In this document: piece by piece, positions 10,739 to 19,319 of the stretch | How the letters are laid out: the number at the start of each line of letters is the position of its first letter | How positions within the stretch are numbered: position 1 is the first letter of the stretch | Made by a program: the position numbers and the translations under genes | The notes under the pieces: generated by a model | What the model saw: only the letters and a program-made list of their open reading frames with translations | What the model was told of the DNA's origin: nothing | Databases searched by the model: none | IMG/VR virus record: IMGVR_UViG_2721755724_000003 | Length of the DNA stretch: 36,875 nucleotides | Direction: 5' to 3' (one strand) | From: a virus | Taxonomy: Duplodnaviria; Heunggongvirae; Uroviricota; Caudoviricetes

Positions 10739-11065
10739 ATGATGCCAGTTAGCCGTAATCGCTGCATTTTCTTAAACGTTGGTTTTGGAGAGCGGTTACT
10801 GGAGGCTGATGGGTACTTTGAATTACCGGGAGGATTGCTGCTGCAATGGGGGCACGGCTCGATTCATGCGTCAAGTGCCATTATACAGTTTAAGAAGTCG
10901 TTTAACGTCACTCCGTTCATTGTACTGCCGCATAAAATCACAACTGATGGTCGGTATGTGACGTCATCTAATTATACCTTAACTAGCTTTAGCCTTTATG
11001 GATGGAATGGAAACGGCACGGTAAACAATATTGACAGCTATACGTATTTTGCACTCGGGATGTAA
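10739..11065 (+). CDS. silent alternative tail-fibre C-terminal cassette
   Basis: ORF begins inside the crossover site; encodes ...VGFGERLLEADGYFELPGG..., parallel to the H C-terminus (...LGLGEAAK...WFRLPGG...). It would be fused to the H constant part after inversion. Confidence 0.55.
   Translation: MMPVSRNRCIFLNVGFGERLLEADGYFELPGGLLLQWGHGSIHASSAIIQFKKSFNVTPFIVLPHKITTDGRYVTSSNYTLTSFSLYGWNGNGTVNNIDSYTYFALGM
10769..10794. repeat. gix/cix-like crossover site, left boundary of invertible segment
   Basis: TTCTTAAACGTTGGTTTTGGAGAG, resembling the Gin gix site; inverted relative to the site at 11867-11892. Confidence 0.6.
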
Positions 11066-11093
11066 GAGAAAGCCGCGTAGAGCGGCTTTTTAT

Positions 11094-11519
11094 TTAGGTT
11101 GAGGAGGGCCAAACAATATCTGGAGCGCTGGATACGTCCACCGCTTCCAGCGCATCAAGATAATCCAGCCATAAATTGTACTGCGTTAATTCATCATCTT
11201 TCAGGCGTCCAAGCACCGATTTGCCAGGCCACTGCTTACTGTTTATGTATTCGTTAACCTGATTAATCAATTGCTGCTTTTCCAATTCGGCTGCGGCAAT
11301 TTGTTCCTCATGAGTTGGTGGTGGAATATCAATCCATGCTGGCATTCCGTCGATGACACCTCTGTATTTTCCTTCTGGTGCTTCCTTCATAAATTCGGCG
11401 GCAACAGTGTCGTCAATTTCGATTCCATCATCGGGCCATTCGCCGGATTCCTGATAAGCGATTTTAAGCTCCACAGGGAAAAACGCATTTTTATCGGCAC
11501 TGAAAATATATTTCTGCAT
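11094..11519 (-). CDS. tail fibre assembly protein (P2 gpG / Tfa-like)
   Basis: 141-aa ORF immediately downstream of H; acidic N-terminal part typical of Tfa chaperones. Confidence 0.8.
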   Translation of the reverse strand: MQKYIFSADKNAFFPVELKIAYQESGEWPDDGIEIDDTVAAEFMKEAPEGKYRGVIDGMPAWIDIPPPTHEEQIAAAELEKQQLINQVNEYINSKQWPGKSVLGRLKDDELTQYNLWLDYLDALEAVDVSSAPDIVWPSST

Positions 11520-11521
11520 TT

Positions 11522-12928
11522 CTACCGTCCTATCGAAATATAACTGAATCTGTATTGCTGTGAGATATTACTGGTTGCCACACGCCACGCTGAATTACTG
11601 ATATGTTCAAAATTTACAGACAAAACCTGCGGGGCAGGATTCGACGGGTCTGACTGAACGGCATCAGACATAACACTGACTGAAACCATTGGCTGATTAG
11701 GGAATGGTATAGGGAAGTGTCCACTGATAAAGCGAGTCGTGTTTCCTGAAAAAGTGCCAAACTGAACAATATATCCACCTGGTAGCCTGAACCATCCCGA
11801 ACCAGAAGCGAATGCTCCCATATCCGGTATCTGACCTGAACCTGTTCCCACATCCCGTTTTGCCGCTTCTCCCAAACCAAGGTATGTGAGAAGACCAGCT
11901 ACATCCTTTCCACTCAAATTGGTAAGCGTATTGTCCAGCGGTTGTTTACCTGCCAGCGCATTAAGCATTGTCGTGGCAAAGTTCGGATCATTCCCCAGTG
12001 CCGCCGCCAGTTCGTTCAGTGTATCCAGTGCAGCAGGTGCAGAACCCACCATTCCTGCAATCGCCGATTTCACAAAAGCCGTAGTGGCAATCTGTGTATT
12101 GTTGACCGACTGCGCCGCCGTGGGGGCTGTTGGCGTTCCGGTGAGTGCCGGACTCGACAACGGTGCTTTTAGTGCCAGCGCATTGTTAATGGTGGTACTG
12201 AAATTCGGATCATTGTTAATGGCTGCGGCTATTTCTTTCAGCGTGTCCAGCGTGGCTGGCGCACCATTAATAAGGGCCGTCAGTGCCGCCTGTACAAACG
12301 CAGTGGTCGCAACCTGAGTGGTATTATTCCCCGCCGCTGGCGTTGGCGCTTTGGGGGTTCCGGTAAATGTCGGGCTGGCTTTTGGCGCGTACTGTGAATG
12401 CGGGTCCGGTGCGGCAAGATGTTTTGCCATCTGATCATCCGCGTACACCTTCAGCTCCAGTGCCTTGTCATCCACATACTTGCGGGTTGCCAGCACTACA
12501 GCAGGGTCGATTTTCAGGGTGATATTGTCCGTGCTGCTGGTAATCAGCACCATGCGCACGGTCTGAGTGCGCCCGCTACCTTCAGCCAGTTGCGGCTTAT
12601 AGCTTTCCGGGCAGTTGCCCACGGCAATCAATGCCCCGGACTCATCAAACAAGCCCACTTCACGTATCCACCAACCGCCCTCGTTTTCAGGGATCACCTG
12701 TTCGGCAATAATCTGGCTGCTGTTCTGCGGGTCGATATAAAGCATATTCAGCGCAGCCCGGCGTTTCTCATTTACCAGTGCCGTCTGCTTTGCGTCCGGC
12801 GTTGGCAATACTCCACCGCCATCGCCCACCGCCATATGGGTAATTTTTAGCGGCACACCGAGCGCGGCGGCGCTGGCAAGTTTCGCCGCGCCAATATCCG
12901 TCAGCAGGGTATAAAATTTTGTGCTCAT
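11522..12928 (-). CDS. H: tail fibre protein (P2 gpH-like) with invertible C-terminal segment
   Basis: 468-aa ORF between I and tfa; internal tandem-repeated NDPNF..TT..NALA.K.PL motif; crossover site at codons about 346-355. Confidence 0.85.
   Translation of the reverse strand: MSTKFYTLLTDIGAAKLASAAALGVPLKITHMAVGDGGGVLPTPDAKQTALVNEKRRAALNMLYIDPQNSSQIIAEQVIPENEGGWWIREVGLFDESGALIAVGNCPESYKPQLAEGSGRTQTVRMVLITSSTDNITLKIDPAVVLATRKYVDDKALELKVYADDQMAKHLAAPDPHSQYAPKASPTFTGTPKAPTPAAGNNTTQVATTAFVQAALTALINGAPATLDTLKEIAAAINNDPNFSTTINNALALKAPLSSPALTGTPTAPTAAQSVNNTQIATTAFVKSAIAGMVGSAPAALDTLNELAAALGNDPNFATTMLNALAGKQPLDNTLTNLSGKDVAGLLTYLGLGEAAKRDVGTGSGQIPDMGAFASGSGWFRLPGGYIVQFGTFSGNTTRFISGHFPIPFPNQPMVSVSVMSDAVQSDPSNPAPQVLSVNFEHISNSAWRVATSNISQQYRFSYISIGR
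11867..11892. repeat. gix/cix-like crossover site inside tail-fibre gene H, right boundary
   Basis: Minus strand reads TTCTCACATACCTTGGTTTGGGAGAA, encoding LTYLGLGEA in H; shares the TTGGTTT..GGAGA core with the 10769 site. Confidence 0.6.
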
Positions 12929-13530
12929 GGATTCACTCTCATTGTGTCAATAACATGGACCGCCCCGCCTTCATGCGCGGTGCCACCGGAAATAATCGTT
13001 TCGTTGATATACGGATAGATCGTGATTTCTTCGCCATGATAGCTGGCGGCTCCCACCCAATGCGGGCCGCTGGTCTGCAGATTGATGGACATGCCGATCA
13101 TGTGGCGGCTACATGGTTTGGCATCGCTTATCAGTCGCTCAAGTTCCAGATAGGTATCTTCAGTGATGCCCTGGTCCTGCACGCCGATATCCAGGCGAAA
13201 CGTGCCCGGTGTTTCTCCGGTCTGCCACCACTCAATAATGCGGATCAGGAATCCGAACGGCTTCACCACCCGCCGCACGGCACTGGTGGTCCCTTTATGC
13301 TGATGAATATAAAAAGCATCCTTCACCACCTGGCGCTTGACGCTTTCTGTCCAGCCCTCGTCCCAGCGATCCACAGAGAACGCCCAGGCGAGATAAGGCA
13401 GGAAACTGACCGGACAGGTTGCCGGATTCCACAAGTCACGAAGCGGCACCTGCAGATCAGAAATCCCGCTGCAGGTTTGCGCCAGTCGGCGCTCCAGTGA
13501 AGTTGAACCCGGTGGCAGCAGACTATTCAT
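12925..13530 (-). CDS. I: baseplate assembly protein I (P2 gpI-like)
   Basis: 201-aa ORF between J and H; P2 synteny. Confidence 0.8.
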   Translation of the reverse strand: MNSLLPPGSTSLERRLAQTCSGISDLQVPLRDLWNPATCPVSFLPYLAWAFSVDRWDEGWTESVKRQVVKDAFYIHQHKGTTSAVRRVVKPFGFLIRIIEWWQTGETPGTFRLDIGVQDQGITEDTYLELERLISDAKPCSRHMIGMSINLQTSGPHWVGAASYHGEEITIYPYINETIISGGTAHEGGAVHVIDTMRVNP

Positions 13531-14431
13531 CCGTTCCTCCGTTGGTCACGCTCCACTGCGTACATGATGCCGCCTGTGTTTTGTTCAGGACCACATCCGC
13601 CAGAGGGGAAGCCAGCTCCACACGCTGCACACCCTCAACATGCAGGGCGGCAAAGATGGCGCTACGGCGAATATCCCGACCAAGACGCGTCTGACTGGCG
13701 ATGTACTTCTGCAGGCTGGCTTTTGCCGCTGCCATTACCGGCTCTGCTTCCGGTCCCGGATAAAGAAAAATGGTGGCTTCCACTCGGTACGGGATGATTT
13801 CTGCGCTGCGAACCGTCAGACGGTCAGCCACCGGGCGGACGTTCTCACTGTTCAGGGCGTTCTCCACCACATCCAGCAAGTCTTTTTCTGCAGTTCCGTC
13901 GCCTTCGCGGCTAAGGACAGTCAGCACCACCTCTGCAGGTGCCGGGCTGGTTGCACTGGCATCCGCCACCCGACCGTCGGCGCTTCGGGCATGAAATTCA
14001 TAAGCGGCAGTTGGCCCCGCAACCGAAAGCCCTTCAAAGGCTGCAGGCACACGCAGGCGTAACGCTTCATCGCTTTCCATCACAGCCGCAACGGGCGGCA
14101 CAGCGTCATTATCAGCAGGCGTCACCGTCAGGCGTTTCACGTTGTAGTTGGCAGCGAGCTGGTCAAGATCGCCGCCCATCGCGTAAGCCACCATCACCGC
14201 CTGCGCGGCTTCGTTAATGCGCTGGCGCAGAAGCAACTCACGGTAAGCGTTCTCCTGCAACAATTTGGTGACTGGTTCAGATTCCAGTTCCAGCGTGCGG
14301 ATCACTGCTTCCTGCTCATCTTTCGGATGAAGCGCAACAAATTCGGCCTTGCGTTCGGCAAGCAACGTCTCAAAGTCCGGCACATCGACAATCTGCGGCG
14401 CAGGCAACTGCGAAAGGTCAATCACTGCCAT
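13523..14431 (-). CDS. J: baseplate assembly protein J (P2 gpJ-like)
   Basis: Start placed at ATG 14431 (MAVIDLSQLPAP...), which has a GGAG ribosome-binding site upstream and matches the P2 gpJ N-terminus as I recall it; the longest ORF extends to 14470. Confidence 0.8.
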   Translation of the reverse strand: MAVIDLSQLPAPQIVDVPDFETLLAERKAEFVALHPKDEQEAVIRTLELESEPVTKLLQENAYRELLLRQRINEAAQAVMVAYAMGGDLDQLAANYNVKRLTVTPADNDAVPPVAAVMESDEALRLRVPAAFEGLSVAGPTAAYEFHARSADGRVADASATSPAPAEVVLTVLSREGDGTAEKDLLDVVENALNSENVRPVADRLTVRSAEIIPYRVEATIFLYPGPEAEPVMAAAKASLQKYIASQTRLGRDIRRSAIFAALHVEGVQRVELASPLADVVLNKTQAASCTQWSVTNGGTDE

Positions 14432-14777
14432 TCTCTGCTCCTGTTGATACGGAAAGGGAAACAGGCACACCGTTATTACGCCGCCCAGTCAGTCCCACCA
14501 CCATTGAACCGTCAAAATTGCTGTTAATGGTGATGGAATCCAGCGTCAGCCGTGGCTCCCAGCGACTCAGCGCCACATACACTGCCGACATGACCTGCAG
14601 GCGTAACGCCGGATTTTGTGGCTGGTCTATCAGTGCCGACAGCAGGGAACCATATTCACGGCGAGCAATGCGGCTACCCTGCGGCGTCAGCAGAATGTCC
14701 CGCACCGACTGGCGCAGATGGTCAATATCAGTAATGGCTTTGCCGCTGGTATTGTTCATCCCGCTATAAAGCGTCAT
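14418..14777 (-). CDS. W: baseplate wedge protein W (P2 gpW-like)
   Basis: 119-aa ORF between V and J. Confidence 0.8.
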   Translation of the reverse strand: MTLYSGMNNTSGKAITDIDHLRQSVRDILLTPQGSRIARREYGSLLSALIDQPQNPALRLQVMSAVYVALSRWEPRLTLDSITINSNFDGSMVVGLTGRRNNGVPVSLSVSTGAENGSD

Positions 14778-15352
14778 ACCGGGCCTCCGGTTGTATCGCC
14801 GCCTTTCAGGACGCCAGTATGCTGATGCGCATCAACCACGATCCCGTTAGAACTCATCGCTCCGCCGCCCTGGGTAACGCCACCATTGATCACCACTTCG
14901 CTGTTAATGCGCGTGCGGTCAGCCTCCAGTACAAACTCACTGGTTTTCAGGGTGATGTTGTCAGCGGCCTCAATGACCATTGATTTGATGCCCCTGACAT
15001 ACCAGCGCCCGGTGGCGGGTTCGTATTCAAACCAGCCACCGTCAGGATGTTCTGTCACGCAGGCGTCCGCCGACGTCGACGGTGGTGCGAACTGATTCGA
15101 ATAGACAGCGGGCAGCGCAAAGGCGGTCTCCAGATTGCCGCCCAGACTCAGCAGCACCACCTGCTCACCTTCCGATGGTTTCCACCATGTGCGGGCATTA
15201 CCCGCGCGCAGCGTCAGCCAGTTAATCCAGTTGGTTTCAAGGTCGCCCGTTTTCACCCGACAAAGCCAGTTTTCCCGGTCCACTTCGGTGACTACCCCAG
15301 TGCGGATCAGGTTGGTGATAAGGCGCATGATTTCGGTTAATTGTGCGTTCAT
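14774..15352 (-). CDS. V: baseplate spike protein V (P2 gpV-like)
   Basis: 192-aa ORF whose N-terminus resembles P2 gpV; overlaps the W start. Confidence 0.8.
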   Translation of the reverse strand: MNAQLTEIMRLITNLIRTGVVTEVDRENWLCRVKTGDLETNWINWLTLRAGNARTWWKPSEGEQVVLLSLGGNLETAFALPAVYSNQFAPPSTSADACVTEHPDGGWFEYEPATGRWYVRGIKSMVIEAADNITLKTSEFVLEADRTRINSEVVINGGVTQGGGAMSSNGIVVDAHQHTGVLKGGDTTGGPV

Positions 15353-15398
15353 AGGGAAAGGTTGCCATCAGGGGAAGAAAGGCGGCAGTGCTGCAACT

Positions 15399-15416
15399 TG
15401 TATCAGTGCTGATACA
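15399..15416 (-). promoter_or_regulatory. candidate late promoter dyad upstream of V (TGT-N12-ACA)
   Basis: Near-palindromic TGTATCAGTGCTGATACA in the S-V intergenic gap. Confidence 0.4.
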
Positions 15417-15420
15417 AAGA

Positions 15421-15867
15421 TCACCCCGCCAGCCATTGCAGAATCATGTCGCGGGTCATTGCCTCAACATCATCATTTACGCCCAGAAGACGACGCTCTG
15501 CGTAACGGACCTCAGGTCCTTTGCGACTAACGCGATCACGCAGGCCGTAATGGTGAACGCGGGCAATACGCTGCACCTTACCTTCAAACTGCACGCTGGC
15601 AGAATCCGTGCTGGCGGCGGTTTTCAGGTATTTTTTGGTGCGAAGTTTTGTAAACATCTGCCGTTTGATGCGGCCTTTTTTACTGCGTGCTGTTACTCGC
15701 CTCGGTTCATAGCTGCTGCCATCAGGATTGCGTTGCATCCTGATGTTCTGCTGCTGTGTCCGGCGCAGTTCCTGCGCCAGCTGGCGCATCATGCGGCTTC
15801 TGGCGGCTGGCTCCAGATTCGCCAGCAAAGCACTCAGCCAGTCGTCCACCTTCTGCAGTTCAGCCAC
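15421..15867 (-). CDS. S: tail completion protein S (P2 gpS-like)
   Basis: 148-aa ORF following R; P2 synteny. Confidence 0.8.
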   Translation of the reverse strand: MAELQKVDDWLSALLANLEPAARSRMMRQLAQELRRTQQQNIRMQRNPDGSSYEPRRVTARSKKGRIKRQMFTKLRTKKYLKTAASTDSASVQFEGKVQRIARVHHYGLRDRVSRKGPEVRYAERRLLGVNDDVEAMTRDMILQWLAG

Positions 15868-16312
15868 GTTTCACCGTCCACATTTCTTCAGGTTCATCGG
15901 GTTCTGCTACAGCTTCAACGCTCGACACACTGCCGTCAGTGCTGACCAGCACACGCTCCGTCAGTTGCAGGTTAAGGCTGATATCACAGACATCGTTGCG
16001 CAGAATATCCACCTCAAAGGTGAATATTTTTTCCCGTAACGCCGGATTATTGATGGCATCGGGCTGGTTATCCCGCAGCCACAGCAAAACCGGGGCCATC
16101 AGCAGATTCTGGTCCCCGCTGAAATCCTCAATCACCGCGTTCAGGGTGTAACGGTACTCCCATGACATGGAGCCGGCCCCCGTGGCAACCAGCGAACCGT
16201 TATCCACAAACAGATGCAGTTTGTCCGGGTTATTGCGGACATAAGGCACCGCTTTATTGAGGGCGTGGCGCAGGGATTGTGGTTTGTTCACTGTTTCGCT
16301 CCTGACACGCAA
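15860..16312 (-). CDS. R: tail completion protein R (P2 gpR-like)
   Basis: 150-aa ORF following the lysis cassette. Confidence 0.8.
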   Translation of the reverse strand: MRVRSETVNKPQSLRHALNKAVPYVRNNPDKLHLFVDNGSLVATGAGSMSWEYRYTLNAVIEDFSGDQNLLMAPVLLWLRDNQPDAINNPALREKIFTFEVDILRNDVCDISLNLQLTERVLVSTDGSVSSVEAVAEPDEPEEMWTVKRG

Positions 16313-16544
16313 TAATCATGTCCACTTTGTCTGCACAGACCGCCCAGGCGGCCTCCGTTTCATCCAGCAACGCGTTCAGATCACCGTTAGTGCGCGGCGC
16401 TGCCTGATCCAGCCGACACGGCGTCACTCGCGGACAACCACTGACGGTAAGCTGCACCTCCGGTGAGCGTCGGACGTTCCCGCAGCCGGATAATGTCAGC
16501 AGGCAAAGGAGTATCAGCCCAGCGGCGTAAATCCTCGTTCTCAC
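16254..16544 (-). CDS. lysC: outer-membrane spanin lipoprotein (LysC / Rz1-like)
   Basis: 96 aa with signal peptide and lipobox LTLSGC, Pro-rich; starts in an alternative frame inside lysB and runs past its end into R. Confidence 0.7.
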   Translation of the reverse strand: MRTRIYAAGLILLCLLTLSGCGNVRRSPEVQLTVSGCPRVTPCRLDQAAPRTNGDLNALLDETEAAWAVCADKVDMIIACQERNSEQTTIPAPRPQ

Positions 16545-16815
16545 GTTTCAGTTCCTCTATCCGGTGTTGTCGTTGTCTCAGCAGCGCGCTGGTCTGTTCT
16601 GCTTCGGCATAGAGCCGCGCCTGCTCCCGGTTATTGGTTTCAGTCAGAATGGACAGGCTGATAAGCTGGCTGTTGCTCTTTGCCAGTGCCTGGCTTTTGC
16701 TCTGCAGCTCGTCTGCCTGCGTGCTGATGGTCTGGCTGGCATCAGCCAGCCGCCACGTCTGCCAGCCCAGCGCCGCCAGTAATAACGCCAGCATAACCAG
16801 CAGCAACCGGTTCAT
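16387..16815 (-). CDS. lysB: inner-membrane spanin (LysB / Rz-like)
   Basis: 142 aa with N-terminal transmembrane segment and coiled-coil-like, charge-rich body; position after lysA. Confidence 0.75.
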   Translation of the reverse strand: MNRLLLVMLALLLAALGWQTWRLADASQTISTQADELQSKSQALAKSNSQLISLSILTETNNREQARLYAEAEQTSALLRQRQHRIEELKRENEDLRRWADTPLPADIIRLRERPTLTGGAAYRQWLSASDAVSAGSGSAAH

Positions 16816-17189
16816 GCTGCTACCTGTTGCGCCATCTGATTACGGGTGATCCAGAAGGCAATAACGGTCAGTAGATAAAAGACCAGGGTAATAGCCCACC
16901 CCGTCCAGGCGAGACTTACGACAATCAGCAATCGCATCACCCAGCTGATAAATACGTTTTCTTTTCGGGTAATGGTCTTCAGCAAAGATGCCCTCAACTC
17001 CTGCCAGAGCGGGCCATTCTTAATTAACGCAGCCAGTGCTACCGGAATTACCGCCCATGTCAGTAAACAGGCTACCCAAACGCCGGACGCTGCCAGTACC
17101 GGAAAAATCCCCTGGGGATACACCATTGCTGTGATTAACAGCGCCATCCATACCATCAGAAACAGCCCGCTGATTAATTTCTTTTTCAC
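16812..17189 (-). CDS. lysA: lysis regulatory membrane protein (P2 LysA-like)
   Basis: Multi-TM ORF. Start placed at GTG 17189, immediately after the K stop; the longest ORF (to 17261) would overlap K by about 70 nt. Confidence 0.55.
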   Translation of the reverse strand: MKKKLISGLFLMVWMALLITAMVYPQGIFPVLAASGVWVACLLTWAVIPVALAALIKNGPLWQELRASLLKTITRKENVFISWVMRLLIVVSLAWTGWAITLVFYLLTVIAFWITRNQMAQQVAA

Positions 17190-17190
17190 T

Positions 17191-17703
17191 TCAGTTTGCT
17201 CCCTGTAAACACCAGGCCATCTCCCGCGCACGGCGGTTATCCAGCCCCTGATTAAACACACCTTTCACATAAACCCAGCGCGGCAACTGTCGGCACGCAT
17301 CCGCCCAGCGCCGCTGATTGAGTAATTTCACCAGCGTGGAACTGCAGGCATTGCCCGTTCCCACGTTGAAGGCAAACGACACCGCAGCGTCATATACCTT
17401 CTGCGGCGGCTGTTGTTTCACACACCTTTCCAGCGCCCGCTCCACACGCAGCACGTTGGAAATCAGTCCTTCTGCTGCCTGTCGTTCCGTAATGGTTTTG
17501 CCGGGAATGACGCCTGACGTGTTACCAATGCCGTCGGTCCAGACGCCCGCGCTGCACTGATACGGCTGCAGACGACAGCCTTCGTAATCGGCAATCAGTT
17601 TCAGCCCCTCCACGGAGGTGTGAAGCTGCTGAAACCCCGGCAGCGTGGCAGCAATAGCCAGCACGGCCCCGACAAGGCAGCGTTTAACGATTGATGGATT
17701 CAT
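17191..17703 (-). CDS. K: SAR-type endolysin (T4-lysozyme fold, P1 Lyz-like)
   Basis: 170 aa; weakly hydrophobic Gly/Ala-rich N-terminal segment (LVGAVLAIAATLPG) followed by EGCRLQPYQCSAGVWTDGIGNT, which closely matches the P1 Lyz catalytic region as I recall it. Confidence 0.8.
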   Translation of the reverse strand: MNPSIVKRCLVGAVLAIAATLPGFQQLHTSVEGLKLIADYEGCRLQPYQCSAGVWTDGIGNTSGVIPGKTITERQAAEGLISNVLRVERALERCVKQQPPQKVYDAAVSFAFNVGTGNACSSTLVKLLNQRRWADACRQLPRWVYVKGVFNQGLDNRRAREMAWCLQGAN

Positions 17704-17899
17704 AGTCCTCCCGCGAGATCTGCCCGTCGCGCAGAAGCTGGTAGGCTTTGTGTTTGTAGTACCAGTTGATAGCCAGCATCAGCACACCAATCATCAGGCC
17801 GCCCAGCGTTGAGGCATCCTTGATGGACAAATCGCCCAGCCAGGCCAGCACAACGGCGATGCAGTACGTGATAAAGGCGCTGATTCGCTCAAGCGTCAT
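17684..17899 (-). CDS. Y: holin (small two-TMD, pinholin-like)
   Basis: 71 aa with two hydrophobic segments and a charged C-terminus, directly upstream of the endolysin. Confidence 0.7.
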   Translation of the reverse strand: MTLERISAFITYCIAVVLAWLGDLSIKDASTLGGLMIGVLMLAINWYYKHKAYQLLRDGQISREDYESINR

Positions 17900-17902
17900 A
17901 AT

Positions 17903-18106
17903 TCAGTCCCATAGCTGGACGGTCTGCACGGTGGTGGTGGTCGGAATGTCCGGCAGCTCCACCTGCAGCCCGTGAGGTAAAAAGGGGCCATATTCGGCAA
18001 GCCCCGGATTTGCCTTCAGTACCTGCTCCGTGACACCTTGCGTGCGCCCGTAATGACGCCAGCAAAGCGCGTCCACCGTGTCATACTGATGCGCACGCAC
18101 TTTCAT
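17903..18106 (-). CDS. X: tail protein X (P2 gpX-like)
   Basis: 67-aa ORF between L and the holin, matching P2 gpX in size and position. Confidence 0.75.
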   Translation of the reverse strand: MKVRAHQYDTVDALCWRHYGRTQGVTEQVLKANPGLAEYGPFLPHGLQVELPDIPTTTTVQTVQLWD

Positions 18107-18570
18107 CAGATAAGCTCCACTGTGCAGTGCGGCGCATCCTGCACCCGGCTGATGGCCCAGCGGGCGTCACGCCACAAATCACCGCTGGATTCCGCCAGTT
18201 CCTCGCCTCGCTTCACACCGGATGCCGTGGCGTCATAGTCCTGGTATCGTTCGTTGAGCATGGCGCGTGCCCAGCAGTAAACCGCGTTGAAATAGTGCTG
18301 AATGCGCTCACTTTTGCCGTCCAGCTGTTCCGCCGGAACCTCAGCCAGCGACACATACCCCAGCATCTGCTGACGTCTGCGAAACTCATACAGCTCTGCG
18401 TTGACCTCCGAAATTGCCGACAGCGCAACCTGCTTTAAACGCGGCTGCGTCACCGTGCCGTCAGTGCGCATGACACTGCGAAACTCCGACAGGTCCACAT
18501 CAGGCCAGAACGGCGTATTTCTGATGATTTCCGCCTGTTCCGGTGCCTGTTCTGGCGCAACAAACTTCAT
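18106..18570 (-). CDS. L: head completion / stabilisation protein (P2 gpL-like)
   Basis: Start placed at ATG 18570 (MKFVAPEQ...), which has an AGGAGA ribosome-binding site; the longest ORF begins at GTG 18633. Confidence 0.75.
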   Translation of the reverse strand: MKFVAPEQAPEQAEIIRNTPFWPDVDLSEFRSVMRTDGTVTQPRLKQVALSAISEVNAELYEFRRRQQMLGYVSLAEVPAEQLDGKSERIQHYFNAVYCWARAMLNERYQDYDATASGVKRGEELAESSGDLWRDARWAISRVQDAPHCTVELI

Positions 18571-18665
18571 GCTGCTTTCTCCTGAAATAGAGGGCGGTGG
18601 ACGGGGTTTTGATGTGGCAGTGCCTTTCGCCACCCCGTGCCGCCCGTGCGCGGGGGCACGTTCTG

Positions 18666-19316
18666 TCAGCGGCTGTCATTGCGCAGTCTGCGCTCCAGCT
18701 GCTGTTTGTCTTTTTTCACGCCACAGCGGGGATCAAGCTGTAACGCATGGTTGAGATGATTAAGGGCGGAAGCCGGATTGCTTTCACTCAGGACAGCGCC
18801 AATCGCTTTATGCAGACGCGCCCGTGACTGGTCCGGCATATCCAGACCGTCTGTCAGCTCCAGCGTCTGCAACAACAGATCGGCATCAAAGCCGGTGGCG
18901 GCAAGCATTGCGCTCTGCGCGGCGTCTGCCATTTCCTCTGCCAGCACGGTCTGCACGTTGCGGTTACCCAGCGGCATCACCCAGCCATGACGCAGGGCAT
19001 GACGCCCGATCTCCAGCGCCCCGGCATAATCTCCGGCATCAATGCGCCACAGCATCACGTACATCAGCACGTCATCCTGTTGAGCGCCTCCGGCAGCCAG
19101 GACACCCTCTGCCCAGGCGGCGTACTTCGGCAGCAGCTCCACCTTGATTTCCGCTTTTTTGACCGTGGACTGAACGCCCTTGAGACGGCGGCGGTCTTCC
19201 GCCAGTTGCAGCAGCATCAGGTCATAGCCCGATGCGTGGCGAACACTGCCGCCCTCGCGGGCGGCCTGTTCAGCCTGAACGCGCAGGCGATGCTGCCGTG
19301 CGGGACTCAGGCTCAT
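18666..19316 (-). CDS. M: terminase small (endonuclease) subunit (P2 gpM-like)
   Basis: 216-aa ORF downstream of the capsid gene; P2 synteny. Confidence 0.8.
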   Translation of the reverse strand: MSLSPARQHRLRVQAEQAAREGGSVRHASGYDLMLLQLAEDRRRLKGVQSTVKKAEIKVELLPKYAAWAEGVLAAGGAQQDDVLMYVMLWRIDAGDYAGALEIGRHALRHGWVMPLGNRNVQTVLAEEMADAAQSAMLAATGFDADLLLQTLELTDGLDMPDQSRARLHKAIGAVLSESNPASALNHLNHALQLDPRCGVKKDKQQLERRLRNDSR

Positions 19317-19319
19317 GGA

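Noticed and set aside
16812-17261. Longer version of lysA starting at ATG 17261
   Set aside because: Would overlap the endolysin gene by about 70 nt; a GTG start at 17189 directly after the K stop gives a more conventional arrangement, though the long form cannot be excluded.
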